The position numbers and the translations under genes are program-made. A stretch of DNA of 64,000 nucleotides from a virus. Lineage: Duplodnaviria; Caudoviricetes. Where the stretch lies: positions 9,651 through 73,650 of IMG/VR virus record IMGVR_UViG_3300020036_009879; one strand, 5' to 3'. Shown piece after piece: positions 17,436 through 27,835 of the stretch (position 1 is its first letter; each line of letters begins with the position of its first letter). The notes under the pieces were generated by a model. It made no database searches. It had not been told where the DNA came from and saw only the letters and a program-made list of their open reading frames with translations.

Positions 17436-19745
17436 TTAACTGAAGAACCATTCTGAGGACTTAACAAGTTCTAAATCTAATGTCTTACCACTTTTGTTTA
17501 GATTTGGAATAGTAATTCCTTCTAATAGTTTCAAGTTAGGTTTAGTTTTTTCTATCTGTTCTCTTAGTTCAGTGTCTAAGGCTTTTAGAGGTTCACTTTT
17601 CATTAGATTAATGAATTCTTCTTTAGTTAGTTCTAATAACTTATCAACATGATTTGGAAGACAACCAAAAGAGTCATGTATCCAATCAGTATCAACTATA
17701 CCTTCTTGTACTGTCTTTAATAAAACTCTTCTTAGTAATTCAGCATCTAAAGAGTGAACAAAATTAGGACTGATAGCTGATTTCATTTTTCTAGGTGAGA
17801 TTTCATTTAAGTATCTTTTTTTAAGAAGAGTTGTTACTTTTCTTGAACCTGGTAAAAGACAACTAATCTGAGTACCTTGTCCTTCTTTCTTCTTCACATG
17901 TACTACATAGAATCCATCAGAGGTGTTCCAGGTAGTTGGTTTGTTAGACTTAGTAAGGATAGCACTCATCTTATGAATGTATGTTTCAAAAGCCTTCCCT
18001 CCATGTAGAACTCCTACAATAGATTGTCCAATAATTTTAGAGAATAAAGCTGCATTAGATTTAGTTATAAAACTTCTATCAATCTTAAGTTCTCTTAAAA
18101 TGTCCCAAACCAGTTCTGACCTCCCTCCTTCTGTTCCTCCATAGTTTGATACCATTACAGGAGTTTTACAAACTTTTCTACCTTTTTCAGTTAATAGGTC
18201 TCTAAAGAGTTCTAGTTCTTCTTTTCTGTCTACATTAGTACCTTTAAGTAGAGAGTTGGTAATTACTAAAGCTTTCTTTGCAACTAGTAGATAGGCATCT
18301 TGTCTGTCCTGTACCCCTTTTTTAATAGTTGGTGTTACATTAGTAGCTAAACAACCATCAAGGTCATTAGTCATAGCTGATGTAAACTGGCTACCTGAAT
18401 TACAAGCATCTAAGTGGACTCTGCCTTTGAATTCATAGTTTGGATTTTCATAGAATTTTCTAAGTTCTAGTTGATGTGCTAAGAACTGAAAAGGTTCTTC
18501 TGCCTTTCTCCAATCTTCATCAAGTAAGATTTTCCCTCTTTCAACTCTTTCACTGAATGAAATCTTATCTTCTCCAAATAAAGAAGTTAAGTAGGCTAAA
18601 GCCCATTCTACTCCTCTATCAGTTAAAACTTCTCCATCTCTGTATTCTAACATTGCTTTAATAGTGTCAGAACCTTGTGGTGATAAGCCTACTGGTATTG
18701 GATAAACTCGTCCTCTAAAGTCATAGGAGTGAGGGAAGTAGATTTCATCATAGTCTTGGTATAGTTCAGCTATCTCTAATGCTAGTTTGATTGCTCTGTA
18801 CTTACCTACCTCTGATTCATAATCACTTTTCTCAGCTCTATAGATTTCAGCTTCTTTGAAGTAAGTTTGTTTAAGTAGAAGATTCTCTTCTTTCTCCTTT
18901 TCAGACAATTTATCTTCATCTAGGACCCAAATTGATTCATCTATCTGTGGGTACTCAACTTTTACAAAATCTTCAATGTTAGGGAATGAAAGTTCTTCTT
19001 TGATAATTTTCACCATCTCTTTGTTCACCTTCCATGGTACACTTTGTATGTGATTAATTGTCTTGAAGATATTTTCAGAATACTTTTCATAATCTACTTT
19101 CCCTCTAAATCTAACTAGTTGGTACTGATAAGTCTTATAACCTCCTACTAAACCATTTTCATCATCGTAAGACCAATCAACAGGTCTTTCTATCATTGGT
19201 TCTGGAAAGAAAGCATAACAAGAAAGTGTAGTTAATTGTTCTTTAATTTTTGAAGGTAGATTACATTGATAGTGTATTCTGGTCTGTATAACTCCACCCA
19301 CTTTTTCTTTGACTGACTTAGAGGTTAAGAATTGACAATTATCAACTAGTATTTCAATAAACCTCCAAGTAGATTCAAAACTTAATTTTTTGAAAATCTT
19401 CTCCTGGACAGTAACTACATTTGAATATCTAGATACTGTTGAACCTTTTGTAGATATGATTAAGATAGAGGATGTTAATAGTAAAAGTGTTTCAGTAGTT
19501 TTTAGTAGAATCTCTTCTTCACTACAGAAGGTTTCTAGTAATTCATCAATGTAAGTACATCTAAGACTAGAATTAATCCACTTTTGTATAGTAGGTGTTA
19601 ACCTAATAGACTCTTCTAATATAAGCTTTTGTCCTGTTTGTGATTGAGTAACTGTTCTTGAATTCTGGCTTTTAGAGTAGATATCTTTCCAGATTCTATC
19701 TTCACCCTTTAGTTTCATTTGTAGTTCATTAGAAACTTGATTCAT
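17436..19745 (-). CDS. Single-subunit T3/T7-like DNA-directed RNA polymerase
   Basis: DFRGRVYP, motif A HLDACNSGSQF, motif B RKVCKTPVMVSNYGG, PNFVHSLDA, motif C IHDSFG. Confidence 0.93.
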   Translation of the reverse strand: MNQVSNELQMKLKGEDRIWKDIYSKSQNSRTVTQSQTGQKLILEESIRLTPTIQKWINSSLRCTYIDELLETFCSEEEILLKTTETLLLLTSSILIISTKGSTVSRYSNVVTVQEKIFKKLSFESTWRFIEILVDNCQFLTSKSVKEKVGGVIQTRIHYQCNLPSKIKEQLTTLSCYAFFPEPMIERPVDWSYDDENGLVGGYKTYQYQLVRFRGKVDYEKYSENIFKTINHIQSVPWKVNKEMVKIIKEELSFPNIEDFVKVEYPQIDESIWVLDEDKLSEKEKEENLLLKQTYFKEAEIYRAEKSDYESEVGKYRAIKLALEIAELYQDYDEIYFPHSYDFRGRVYPIPVGLSPQGSDTIKAMLEYRDGEVLTDRGVEWALAYLTSLFGEDKISFSERVERGKILLDEDWRKAEEPFQFLAHQLELRKFYENPNYEFKGRVHLDACNSGSQFTSAMTNDLDGCLATNVTPTIKKGVQDRQDAYLLVAKKALVITNSLLKGTNVDRKEELELFRDLLTEKGRKVCKTPVMVSNYGGTEGGRSELVWDILRELKIDRSFITKSNAALFSKIIGQSIVGVLHGGKAFETYIHKMSAILTKSNKPTTWNTSDGFYVVHVKKKEGQGTQISCLLPGSRKVTTLLKKRYLNEISPRKMKSAISPNFVHSLDAELLRRVLLKTVQEGIVDTDWIHDSFGCLPNHVDKLLELTKEEFINLMKSEPLKALDTELREQIEKTKPNLKLLEGITIPNLNKSGKTLDLELVKSSEWFFS

Positions 19746-19958
19746 ATAAATTGATTTGGAGTGTTAGTGTTAAGTTTAAAGGTTTGTTAACCATTATCTC
19801 TTAGTTAAGGTAATTTGATACCTACTTCAAGAGACAATAGTTTAGATACTTTCTTTTACTATCTCAAGATTAGATTAATGATGAAGTAAATTGCTACTGA
19901 AGCTATAAAAGCTTGTTGGTACTTGGTTTTTGACAAAAAGTTTTTCATAATACTAGTT

Positions 19959-20201
19959 TTAAGTTTTTCTTATAAATTTACCACATAGTGGAACAAGTTC
20001 TGTTTTTACTTCAACACCTTTCTTTAATTGTTTTTTGTTAAGAAGGGTAACATCATTCTTAAGAATCTCTATTCTTCTGCCTTGATATCCACAAACTTCT
20101 CTATCAGGTTCTTGGACCTTAGTAGAACCTACATACTTATTTTCAATGAAATAGTCTACTGAGTAGCCTATGTGTTCAAATGTGGTTTGATGGATTGACA
20201 T
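19959..20201 (-). CDS. Small hypothetical early protein
   Basis: ORF directly after promoter 20212-20266. Confidence 0.65.
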   Translation of the reverse strand: MSIHQTTFEHIGYSVDYFIENKYVGSTKVQEPDREVCGYQGRRIEILKNDVTLLNKKQLKKGVEVKTELVPLCGKFIRKT

Positions 20202-20211
20202 AATATTTGTG

Positions 20212-20266
20212 TTTTTAAATTTCTATGGGATAAAATTAAAGTAAAAGAATCTAATAAAAAACTTTT
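20212..20266 (-). promoter_or_regulatory. Promoter cassette (TACTTTAATTTTATCCCATAG core)
   Basis: Same core at 29460, 35245, 39140, 45365, 59380. Confidence 0.7.
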
Positions 20267-22183
20267 TTAGAGTTTATTTTTAAAAAACCTTTGTTCGTAC
20301 TTCTCTAACCAATCTGACTCCCTATGGTCTCCCTCTAACTCTACACCTTCTTCATCTACAGGAATATACCTACCTGAATTGTTTTCATAGGTAAAGGTGG
20401 CTTCTTCCATTGTCTTACCTAAGTTACTTTGTTTTACCTTTAATACCCTAACTAATACTAAGTCAGAAGAGTTATACCCCATTCTATAAACCACTAGTCC
20501 ATGGAAGCTCATTTCAAAGAAAGCAGAAGACCCTTTAACAGAATAGAAGTCTGGAACTTCATACTGTTTAGTCTTTTCATCTTTCTTTATTTTAACGGGA
20601 TGAGCTACTAGGATTACTAGAACATCCATTTGGTGTGAGAAGTGAGTAATCTTTCTTAAAATCTCCTCCACTTTCTCAAACCCATTTAATCTTGACCCTT
20701 TTAAAGATAGCATATTATAAGGGTCTATTACTAGATATCTAATTCCTTCATCATTATTCTCTCTAGACTTTTGTATTTGTCTAGCTGCAATCTTCAGGAG
20801 GTTGGTAATATCTCCACCCTCTTTTGTAGTATCAATGTGTTTAATTTTAGAGGTAACAAAGTTAAGGTGTTTTCTAAACTCTGGAAGATTCTTTTCAGAT
20901 AAGTATGATTTACAAGTAACATCTTTTCCAGACATTCTCCTTACTAACTTAATCACATGTTCTTCAGGAGACTGTTCATATCCAGCAACTAATGTTTCTT
21001 GATTGTAAAGTCTAGCAAGGTCTAAGATACATTGGTCTATCCACTCAGTCTTACCATGTCCTGGAATACCAGTTATAGTTAAGATTCCACTGCCTCTAAA
21101 TCTAAAGATATCAGCAAATGTTTTAAGTGAGATTTCAGCTCCTACTCTGTTTCCTTCTCTAGCTACTTTTAAAACTCTTTCTTCAAAGTTAGAATAGTCA
21201 ACCATTCCTTCAGTATCAGCATCTTCAACTTTTTCTGAACTTTCATTCTCAACTTTCTTCTTAGTTATGTATTCAGAGTAATCATACTCTGGCTCTTCTT
21301 CCCAATCCTCATCATCTTCTTTTGTAGTTTTATAAGGCCAAAGTTGCTGTGGATACTTTTTACAAATTTCAACTAATTCTAAGAATCTTGATTTATTTTC
21401 TCCTGACTTTTTATGGACAGCTTCTGCGTAATCTATCACAAAAGACAAGTCATCCTTAGGGTGATTGAAACCATACTTAGATAAGTCTAACATAGCCATC
21501 TGTAAATAGTGATAGTTATTCGAAGACTTTTGTTCTATGTTTTCAGAGAGAACTATTTGATAGAACTCCTCAGCATCTTCCCAAAGCTTTTTGTTCTTAT
21601 CTAGTTTTTCTAACTCAACTTTTTCAGTTAGCTTTTCTTTCAAATAAACATTAGCAGGAACAGCATTTTCATTTACTAAAATTGAAGGGTCCCAAGTCAT
21701 TAGTAGACAATCAGTAATAGAAAGGTAGTCAATAGTTCCATAAGCTGAAAAGTCTCTAGAGATAAATTTTCCAATCTCTCTATAAGTTTCAGCAGTAACT
21801 ATATCTGGTTCTACATGACATAGTACTTTAAGTCCATTACCACTAGGTCCAACCATTACAGCAAAAACATAATCAAAACTATCCATAATGTCTTGTTTCA
21901 ATTCCTCAAGGTTGTCTTCTGAGTCATCAATATCAATTATGATAATTCCACTAGATAATATGAAGTCTTTAGCTTGTCGGTAATCTCTAAATATTCCATG
22001 TACTGCTACAGCTGGTACTTGTTTTTTAAGTATGTCTTTCCCACTTCTTATCTTTTGTACTAATTCTTTGTACTTTCCTGTTCTAATTTCTTCAATACAA
22101 TTTTCTAGATTGTAGGGTTTTCTAACTACTTCAGTTTCTGTAATATTTTTGAAGTAACTAATCTCACTCTTGAGTAGTTCCAT
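20267..22183 (-). CDS. Primase-helicase (BT4734/VirE-N-like N-terminus + SF4 helicase)
   Basis: IIIIDID and GPSGNGLK in N-term; Walker A GIPGHGKT, VIDPY, LVAHP, VKGSSAF in C-term. Confidence 0.8.
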   Translation of the reverse strand: MELLKSEISYFKNITETEVVRKPYNLENCIEEIRTGKYKELVQKIRSGKDILKKQVPAVAVHGIFRDYRQAKDFILSSGIIIIDIDDSEDNLEELKQDIMDSFDYVFAVMVGPSGNGLKVLCHVEPDIVTAETYREIGKFISRDFSAYGTIDYLSITDCLLMTWDPSILVNENAVPANVYLKEKLTEKVELEKLDKNKKLWEDAEEFYQIVLSENIEQKSSNNYHYLQMAMLDLSKYGFNHPKDDLSFVIDYAEAVHKKSGENKSRFLELVEICKKYPQQLWPYKTTKEDDEDWEEEPEYDYSEYITKKKVENESSEKVEDADTEGMVDYSNFEERVLKVAREGNRVGAEISLKTFADIFRFRGSGILTITGIPGHGKTEWIDQCILDLARLYNQETLVAGYEQSPEEHVIKLVRRMSGKDVTCKSYLSEKNLPEFRKHLNFVTSKIKHIDTTKEGGDITNLLKIAARQIQKSRENNDEGIRYLVIDPYNMLSLKGSRLNGFEKVEEILRKITHFSHQMDVLVILVAHPVKIKKDEKTKQYEVPDFYSVKGSSAFFEMSFHGLVVYRMGYNSSDLVLVRVLKVKQSNLGKTMEEATFTYENNSGRYIPVDEEGVELEGDHRESDWLEKYEQRFFKNKL

Positions 22184-22921
22184 TTATTTTTGTATGTAGG
22201 TTAGTATAAAATCTTTTTCAGTACTATTTTCTCTAGTTCTAAGTAATCGTTTTAAGTCTTTTCCATATCTAGTTTCTTCTCTACCTCTACCCTTTTTACC
22301 TTCTAAGATACTATGAAACATAATAGTATAAGTTTCAGTATCAATGAATGATAAAGATTGTTCATAAGATATTTCATCTCCATGTTTGAGGCCTATTTCA
22401 GAAGCATTAAGGAAAGATTCTCCAATCCTGGTATGATTTACTTCATCAAGGTATTTGATAAACTTAGACATTCTAAAAACGGTTTCTGGAATAAGATGTT
22501 GTCTCATTACAGGCTCATCTTTCCATACAGAGTATCTATTAGAGACTACTCTTTTAATTTCTTCATCTGAATATTTTTCTAAGAGACTATTCAACAATCT
22601 TACTCTTTCTTCTGTAGGTCCAAATTTCCTTTGGTACAGATTATTCATGAATCCTAGTACATCTATGATTACTGGTTTCACTTCAAGTTTTTCTAATGAC
22701 TTGATAGCATTTTCATAACCACTCCAAATAATGAAGCCATCTCTGTGTAAACTGATTAGTTCTTTTTTGTGTTTTAAGAAACTAATTTTAGTCTTAGCTT
22801 TTGCTAATGTGAGCTTTGAGTCTTTTTCTTTAAGAAGGAGAATGGTTATAAGAATTCCTCTTCTGACAAGACATAATCTATCATCTAGTATGTCTGATAT
22901 ACCTTTAATATTAACCTTCAT
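22184..22921 (-). CDS. Replication initiator/helicase-loader-like protein
   Basis: YSDEEIKRVV...WKDEPVMRQHLIPETVFRMSKFIKYLDE resembles conserved phage replisome-organiser C-terminus. Confidence 0.55.
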   Translation of the reverse strand: MKVNIKGISDILDDRLCLVRRGILITILLLKEKDSKLTLAKAKTKISFLKHKKELISLHRDGFIIWSGYENAIKSLEKLEVKPVIIDVLGFMNNLYQRKFGPTEERVRLLNSLLEKYSDEEIKRVVSNRYSVWKDEPVMRQHLIPETVFRMSKFIKYLDEVNHTRIGESFLNASEIGLKHGDEISYEQSLSFIDTETYTIMFHSILEGKKGRGREETRYGKDLKRLLRTRENSTEKDFILTYIQK

Positions 22922-22992
22922 AGTTTATTTTTAAGGGATAAAGATAATGAATAAATATTGTTTAAAAAACTTTTATTCAAGTTATTTTATAA

Positions 22993-23018
22993 AAACCACT
23001 CTAATTAAAGAGTGGTTT
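22993..23018 (-). terminator. Intrinsic terminator
   Basis: aaaccactct-aattaa-agagtggttt. Confidence 0.7.
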
Positions 23019-23023
23019 AGATA

Positions 23024-23524
23024 CTACATTTCTCTAGTATTCTGACTAACATCAGGTATTACTAGTTCTTGTTCTTTTTGACTAACATCATTATCACTGA
23101 TATAAGCATTATCTAATTCTTCTTCAGTAACTTCTCTTTGTTTTAAAAAGTTTAAAGTAGACTCATTCCTAGATAAACGTAAGTCAAATCTAGGAGGAAC
23201 ATGATGTTCTTTGAGACCTTCTTTATAACACTTTAGTGAAATGTTTGTCACATATGGAGCCTTAATAGCTAAAAAGAATGAACCCATTTTAGGAACCTGT
23301 ACCCTATTACCAAGTAAAACTTGTTCATACATAATATCCATTAAGTCATCTACTACTTCTTTTACATTATCATAAACAAATCCAGTTCTTTGAGAAACGA
23401 GTTTTGCTAGACTAGCATTAGTTAAGTAGGTTTTTGGCTTCCTTTTAGCAAGAGGTTTTAAAACCCTCTTTTTACGGAGGGTTTCTTCAATCTTATCTGG
23501 TGTCCAGATGGAGTCTTTTTTCAT
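23024..23524 (-). CDS. HU/IHF-family DNA-binding protein
   Basis: LAKLVSQRTG...VKEVVDDLMDIMYEQVLLGNRVQVPKMGSF. Confidence 0.75.
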   Translation of the reverse strand: MKKDSIWTPDKIEETLRKKRVLKPLAKRKPKTYLTNASLAKLVSQRTGFVYDNVKEVVDDLMDIMYEQVLLGNRVQVPKMGSFFLAIKAPYVTNISLKCYKEGLKEHHVPPRFDLRLSRNESTLNFLKQREVTEEELDNAYISDNDVSQKEQELVIPDVSQNTREM

Positions 23525-24124
23525 TATTCTATATAGTATTCAAAATTAGTATTATTTTTACTCTTACCTTTTAACTTATCACTAAGTCCACCTGAATCAT
23601 GACTTATTGATTCTGCTGCTAATTTAACTGAATCAAAGATTTCTTTTGTTTCAGTATTAATAACTTTCTTCCAGGTCTTTTTATTCCTTAGTAATCTTTC
23701 TTTTTTTGTTAAACTATCCCATACTCTTTTAATACTATTTTTATTTCTAAGTTTTTGTTCTTCTTTTTGTTCTTCAGTTAGATTTAGTTTATGTCTTAGT
23801 TGACCTTCACTATTCCTTTTTCTTGTCTCTTTAGAATGAACTCCACTTTTATCACTAGTTTCAGTAAGTTTCAAATTAAGTCCGTTAGGTCCTAAGACAT
23901 CATAAAAGTCTTGATAGTGCCTTTCTCTTTCGTTTAAAAGTGAGATTTCACATTCTTCAAGAATTTCAAAAGTATGATTTTCAAAACCGTGTTTCAAAAA
24001 AGAACTTCTTAAGTTTGCCTATATGACAATCAATTCTGTGTTGTTTCCAACGAAACTTAATATCAACACTCTGACCGATATAAATTTTACTAGTCGGAGA
24101 TATGATTTTGTAAATTCCAATCGT
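23524..24124 (-). pseudogene. GIY-YIG homing endonuclease pseudogene (ACG in place of ATG, +1 frameshift near 24000)
   Basis: Upstream frame reads IGIYKIISPTSKIYIGQSVD, nearly identical to 60458..61165, then shifts into the 23524..23997 ORF. Confidence 0.8.
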
Positions 24125-24125
24125 T

Positions 24126-27100
24126 TTAACTACAAGCTGAGTATCCACAAGAAGAACACTTAAGACAACCTTCTGTCATAATGATTTTTTTCTCTTTACA
24201 CTCTGGACACTCAATTCCACCTTCTTTAGAATAGCTTTGTAAAACTTTAGCTATCACTTGATGAAATGAGTTAATTGTAGCGAACTTGAATATTGTTTCA
24301 GCAACGAATCCAGGTTCAACTCTGTGTCTAAGAAGTGAACTTAACATCCTAGTAGAATTCTGTTCATTCTCAATCATATAGTCACTAAGACTTTGAACTA
24401 GAACTTCTCCACCTGTTGACATTAAAGTATAGACCCCTTTACCCTGTTTGACTATTACAGCTTGTTTGAGTTTCTTGGATAACTTGTTCTCTCCACTGTT
24501 TGGAATAGCAAATACTTCATAAGGTCTATCATCTAACTTACCAATAAAGATAGCAAAATCATTACCTCTAGAGGTTTTAAAGAAGACATCACATTCAAGT
24601 TCAGAAGGTCTCTTAGTTGAATGGTTATACTCAAACTCCTCTTTCTTATTTAAGACAGAAGTAGTAGAAAGTACATTTCCTCTAGAATTATCTCTATAAA
24701 CAGTTACTCCTTTACAACCTGAATCAAAAGCCATCTGATAGACATCTTTCACCATCTGTTCAGTTACAGATTCTGGCATATTTACAGTTACAGAAATAGA
24801 GTGGTCTACCCATTTTTGAATAAACCCTTGCATCCTAACTTTCTCTACATAATCAACATCTGTTGAGGTGGCACCAAAATAAGGAGACTTTTCAAAAATC
24901 TCTTTTAGTTCACTCTCTTTCAAGGCAGCTAAAATAGATTCAGCTTTTTCAAAAAGAATACCTGTTGCACCAGCATAAAAATCAATGAAAGTTCTTTGGA
25001 AGACTGGAAACTCAACCCACTTGTCTCCAACTTCATCAACATAGTCAAACTCTAGTTCACCAGTAACCTTTTTCTTTCTAAAGTACCAAGGGTAAAACAT
25101 TGGTTCAACTCCACTAGTAGTTCGTGTAAGAAGTGATACTGAACCAGCTGGTGCTATTGTCAATATAGCAATATTACGTCTACCAATTGATTTGGCTCTA
25201 TCAATTAACTCTTGTGTCATTAGTTCATTTTCTTCTAAACTAAATAGTCTAGTTAAGAAACCACTAGATTCAATATCTCTATTATTCCAAAGTGGGAAAG
25301 CTCCTCTTTCTTCTGCTAATTCAATAGAGGCTTCATAGGCTGTAGTAGCTAATAATTGATGTAGTTTTTCAGCAAATTCTGTACCTCCTGATGTACCATA
25401 CTTGATACCAAGTGCTGCCATCATATCACCTTCACCTGTAACTCCTAGTCCTGTTCTTCTTCCTTCTACAGCTTTTTTACGAATCTTTAACCAAAGTTCT
25501 TTTTCTACTTGTTGGTAAGTTTCTTCAAATCTCTTCTCTTCAATCTCCTCTAAGATAGCATCAATTTTTTCAATTTCAAGGTCTACAACATCATCCATTA
25601 ATCTCATTGCAAACCCTACATGTTTGGTAAACAATGTATCTTCGAACATTGAATTAGACTGAAATTTATTTGAAACATATCCATACAAGTTTAAAAGAAG
25701 TAGTCTACAAGAATCAAACGGAGGTAAAGGAATTTCACCACAATTGGCTGATTTAATTGAAGAACCCAATCTCTCTTTCTTGGCAGTCCACCCATCAAAG
25801 TTTCCTACAAAGTAGTTATGGTACTGTTCTACTACCCCATTATAAACATCTTCTATTCCATCTTCTACAATAGATTTTACTGTAAACAAAGGAAGTTTTC
25901 CAAAGATTTCAGAATCACGGTTTAGTAAACCAGAACCTTTAGAAGTTTTGTACCTAGAAACAGTACGTAATTGGTCTCCTTTTTTAAGTTGGTCTAATTC
26001 TACTTTCAAACCACTCTTTAGATAGAACTGGTGTTTTTCTGTAGCTCTAACGAACTCTCCATCTGAGAAAGTTACTTTAAAGATTCTTTGTTTTTCAGCA
26101 ACAACAGTTGGAGCTGTCATCTTTTTGATAACAATCACCTTACTTTCACTTTCACTGTAAACTAATACGTCTTTACCTTCTTCAGCTAATTCACGGAAAG
26201 ATACATACCCTCTACCATCAGCTACAGCAACTAAAGTGTCTCCTGTGAAACAAGGGTTAGTTCCTTTTTCTTCCCAATCGGCGCCATAGAATCTACAAGG
26301 AGACTCATTAATGATTTGGTCCCAAAACAAGATACCTGGTTCAGCTGACTTCCAAGCATTGTGACAAAGTTTGTCCCAAATTCTTTGAGGGTCTACTTTT
26401 TTGTAATAGGTTTTTTGACCATTGATTGTCTTACCAGGATAGAGTTTATCGTATTCAAATAGGCTCTCTAAAGTAATTTCACCGTTAGAGTCTTGAAGAA
26501 TGTCAAGATAATCTTCAGTTAAAATTTCATCAAGAGTTTTGTCAATAGGGAATGTTTGATAGAAGTCTTTCTTCTCCATAATACACTTCATGAACTCCTT
26601 GGTAATTTTTACAGAAACATTAGCTCCTGTAACTGAACCTGGAGTCATCTTCTTGTCAATAAACTTCTCAGAATCTGGGTGATGAATACTTACTGATAAC
26701 ATAAGTGCTCCACGTCTCCCATCTTGTTGAACTTCTCTAGTAGAGTTTGAATAACGGTCCATGTATAAAGACATACCACAAGACTGTCCTAAGGGAACAT
26801 TTCCAGCCATAGCTCCTGATGGTCTTAAGTGTGAAAGGTCTTGACCTACTCCACCTCTTCTTTTCATTAACTGAACTTGTTCTTCATCAGCCTTCATAAT
26901 TCCTCCATAAGAATCAGGATGGTTTCCAATCAAGAAACAATTTGAAATACTCGTGTTTGTAAATGGGTTTCCTATTCCAGCCATTGGAGAACCTTGCGGA
27001 ACTATATAGTTGAAATCTTTTAGTAATTGATAAATCTCTTCTTCAGAAAGAGGGTTTGGGTACCTAGACTCAATTCTAGCAAACTCTTTTGCTATCCTTC

Positions 27101-27284
27101 TATGCATCATATCAGGATTCAATTCATAGTATTCAGTAACTTCACCAATTTTTTTCTTCAAAGAGTATTTGTCAATCCAAACTACTGTAGCTAAAGTATC
27201 TCCTCCAAAATACTCTAGTGTTGACTTTTCAACTTCCTCTCTAAGATAAACTGTTCTTTCATGTGAGTCTTTTACAATCTTCAT
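24126..27284 (-). CDS. nrdJ: Class II (B12-dependent) ribonucleotide reductase with intein
   Basis: SNCF, RRGA, NP/CGE catalytic site, RRTGLG, TIAPAGS, SVTVN, GVTVYRD; C-terminal zinc ribbon. Confidence 0.9.
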   Translation of the reverse strand: MKIVKDSHERTVYLREEVEKSTLEYFGGDTLATVVWIDKYSLKKKIGEVTEYYELNPDMMHRRIAKEFARIESRYPNPLSEEEIYQLLKDFNYIVPQGSPMAGIGNPFTNTSISNCFLIGNHPDSYGGIMKADEEQVQLMKRRGGVGQDLSHLRPSGAMAGNVPLGQSCGMSLYMDRYSNSTREVQQDGRRGALMLSVSIHHPDSEKFIDKKMTPGSVTGANVSVKITKEFMKCIMEKKDFYQTFPIDKTLDEILTEDYLDILQDSNGEITLESLFEYDKLYPGKTINGQKTYYKKVDPQRIWDKLCHNAWKSAEPGILFWDQIINESPCRFYGADWEEKGTNPCFTGDTLVAVADGRGYVSFRELAEEGKDVLVYSESESKVIVIKKMTAPTVVAEKQRIFKVTFSDGEFVRATEKHQFYLKSGLKVELDQLKKGDQLRTVSRYKTSKGSGLLNRDSEIFGKLPLFTVKSIVEDGIEDVYNGVVEQYHNYFVGNFDGWTAKKERLGSSIKSANCGEIPLPPFDSCRLLLLNLYGYVSNKFQSNSMFEDTLFTKHVGFAMRLMDDVVDLEIEKIDAILEEIEEKRFEETYQQVEKELWLKIRKKAVEGRRTGLGVTGEGDMMAALGIKYGTSGGTEFAEKLHQLLATTAYEASIELAEERGAFPLWNNRDIESSGFLTRLFSLEENELMTQELIDRAKSIGRRNIAILTIAPAGSVSLLTRTTSGVEPMFYPWYFRKKKVTGELEFDYVDEVGDKWVEFPVFQRTFIDFYAGATGILFEKAESILAALKESELKEIFEKSPYFGATSTDVDYVEKVRMQGFIQKWVDHSISVTVNMPESVTEQMVKDVYQMAFDSGCKGVTVYRDNSRGNVLSTTSVLNKKEEFEYNHSTKRPSELECDVFFKTSRGNDFAIFIGKLDDRPYEVFAIPNSGENKLSKKLKQAVIVKQGKGVYTLMSTGGEVLVQSLSDYMIENEQNSTRMLSSLLRHRVEPGFVAETIFKFATINSFHQVIAKVLQSYSKEGGIECPECKEKKIIMTEGCLKCSSCGYSACS
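25743..26252 (-). mobile_element. Mini-intein (170 aa) in RNR at NP/CGE
   Basis: Begins CFTGDT, block B RATEKHQF, ends SAN followed by Cys; no endonuclease domain. Confidence 0.9.
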
Positions 27285-27356
27285 TCTTATTTATTTATTT
27301 GGGTTATTATTCATACATAGAACTGCCTTAGTTATCTAGGTAGCTAAGATAGTTAA

Positions 27357-27686
27357 TTACTTGTGTAATTTATTATTATAGTGTTTATTATTGTGGTACT
27401 TACTGTACTTCCCTTTTCTTTTTCCTGATTGATAGTCAAAAGATTTTTGTATCTCTGGAATGTCTACTATCTTAAGGTTTCTTTCAGAGTTTTCACCTAA
27501 TATAATAGCTACCTTTTTAACACTTTGTCTAGGACCTTCTTCAACTGACTTTGATATCATTTCAATAAATTCAAATATAGCTGATAAACTCTTACCTTGT
27601 CTTGGGTGTTGAAGTAATACTACCTCTCCTTCAGAAATTTCATCTAAACTCCTTTTAAGTCCACCTAATAAATTTTTTTGTTCCAT
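27357..27686 (-). CDS. Hypothetical protein (start revised to MEQKNL)
   Basis: 5' extension in ORF track overlaps a tRNA gene. Confidence 0.55.
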   Translation of the reverse strand: MEQKNLLGGLKRSLDEISEGEVVLLQHPRQGKSLSAIFEFIEMISKSVEEGPRQSVKKVAIILGENSERNLKIVDIPEIQKSFDYQSGKRKGKYSKYHNNKHYNNKLHK

Positions 27687-27706
27687 ATTATAGGTCATTA
27701 ATTTTG

Positions 27707-27780
27707 TTACTGAGACAGGACTCGAACCTGTGCTTACCATCATTAAAATGATGAGCTCTAGCCAACTGAGCTACCCAGCA
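27707..27780 (-). tRNA. tRNA-Lys(UUU)-like with 6-nt anticodon loop
   Basis: TGCTGGG/CTCAGTA acceptor, GCTC/GAGC D-stem, CATCA-TTTTAA-TGATG, ACAGG-TTCGAGT-CCTGT. Confidence 0.75.
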
Positions 27781-27835
27781 CCTTAGATTTTAATCTTTCT
27801 CCTCCCTTAAAATCTAATAAATGTGGAGGTATTAC

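Noticed and set aside
27687-27743. N-terminal extension of ORF 27357..27743
   Set aside because: Overlaps the tRNA-Lys-like gene; downstream ATG preferred
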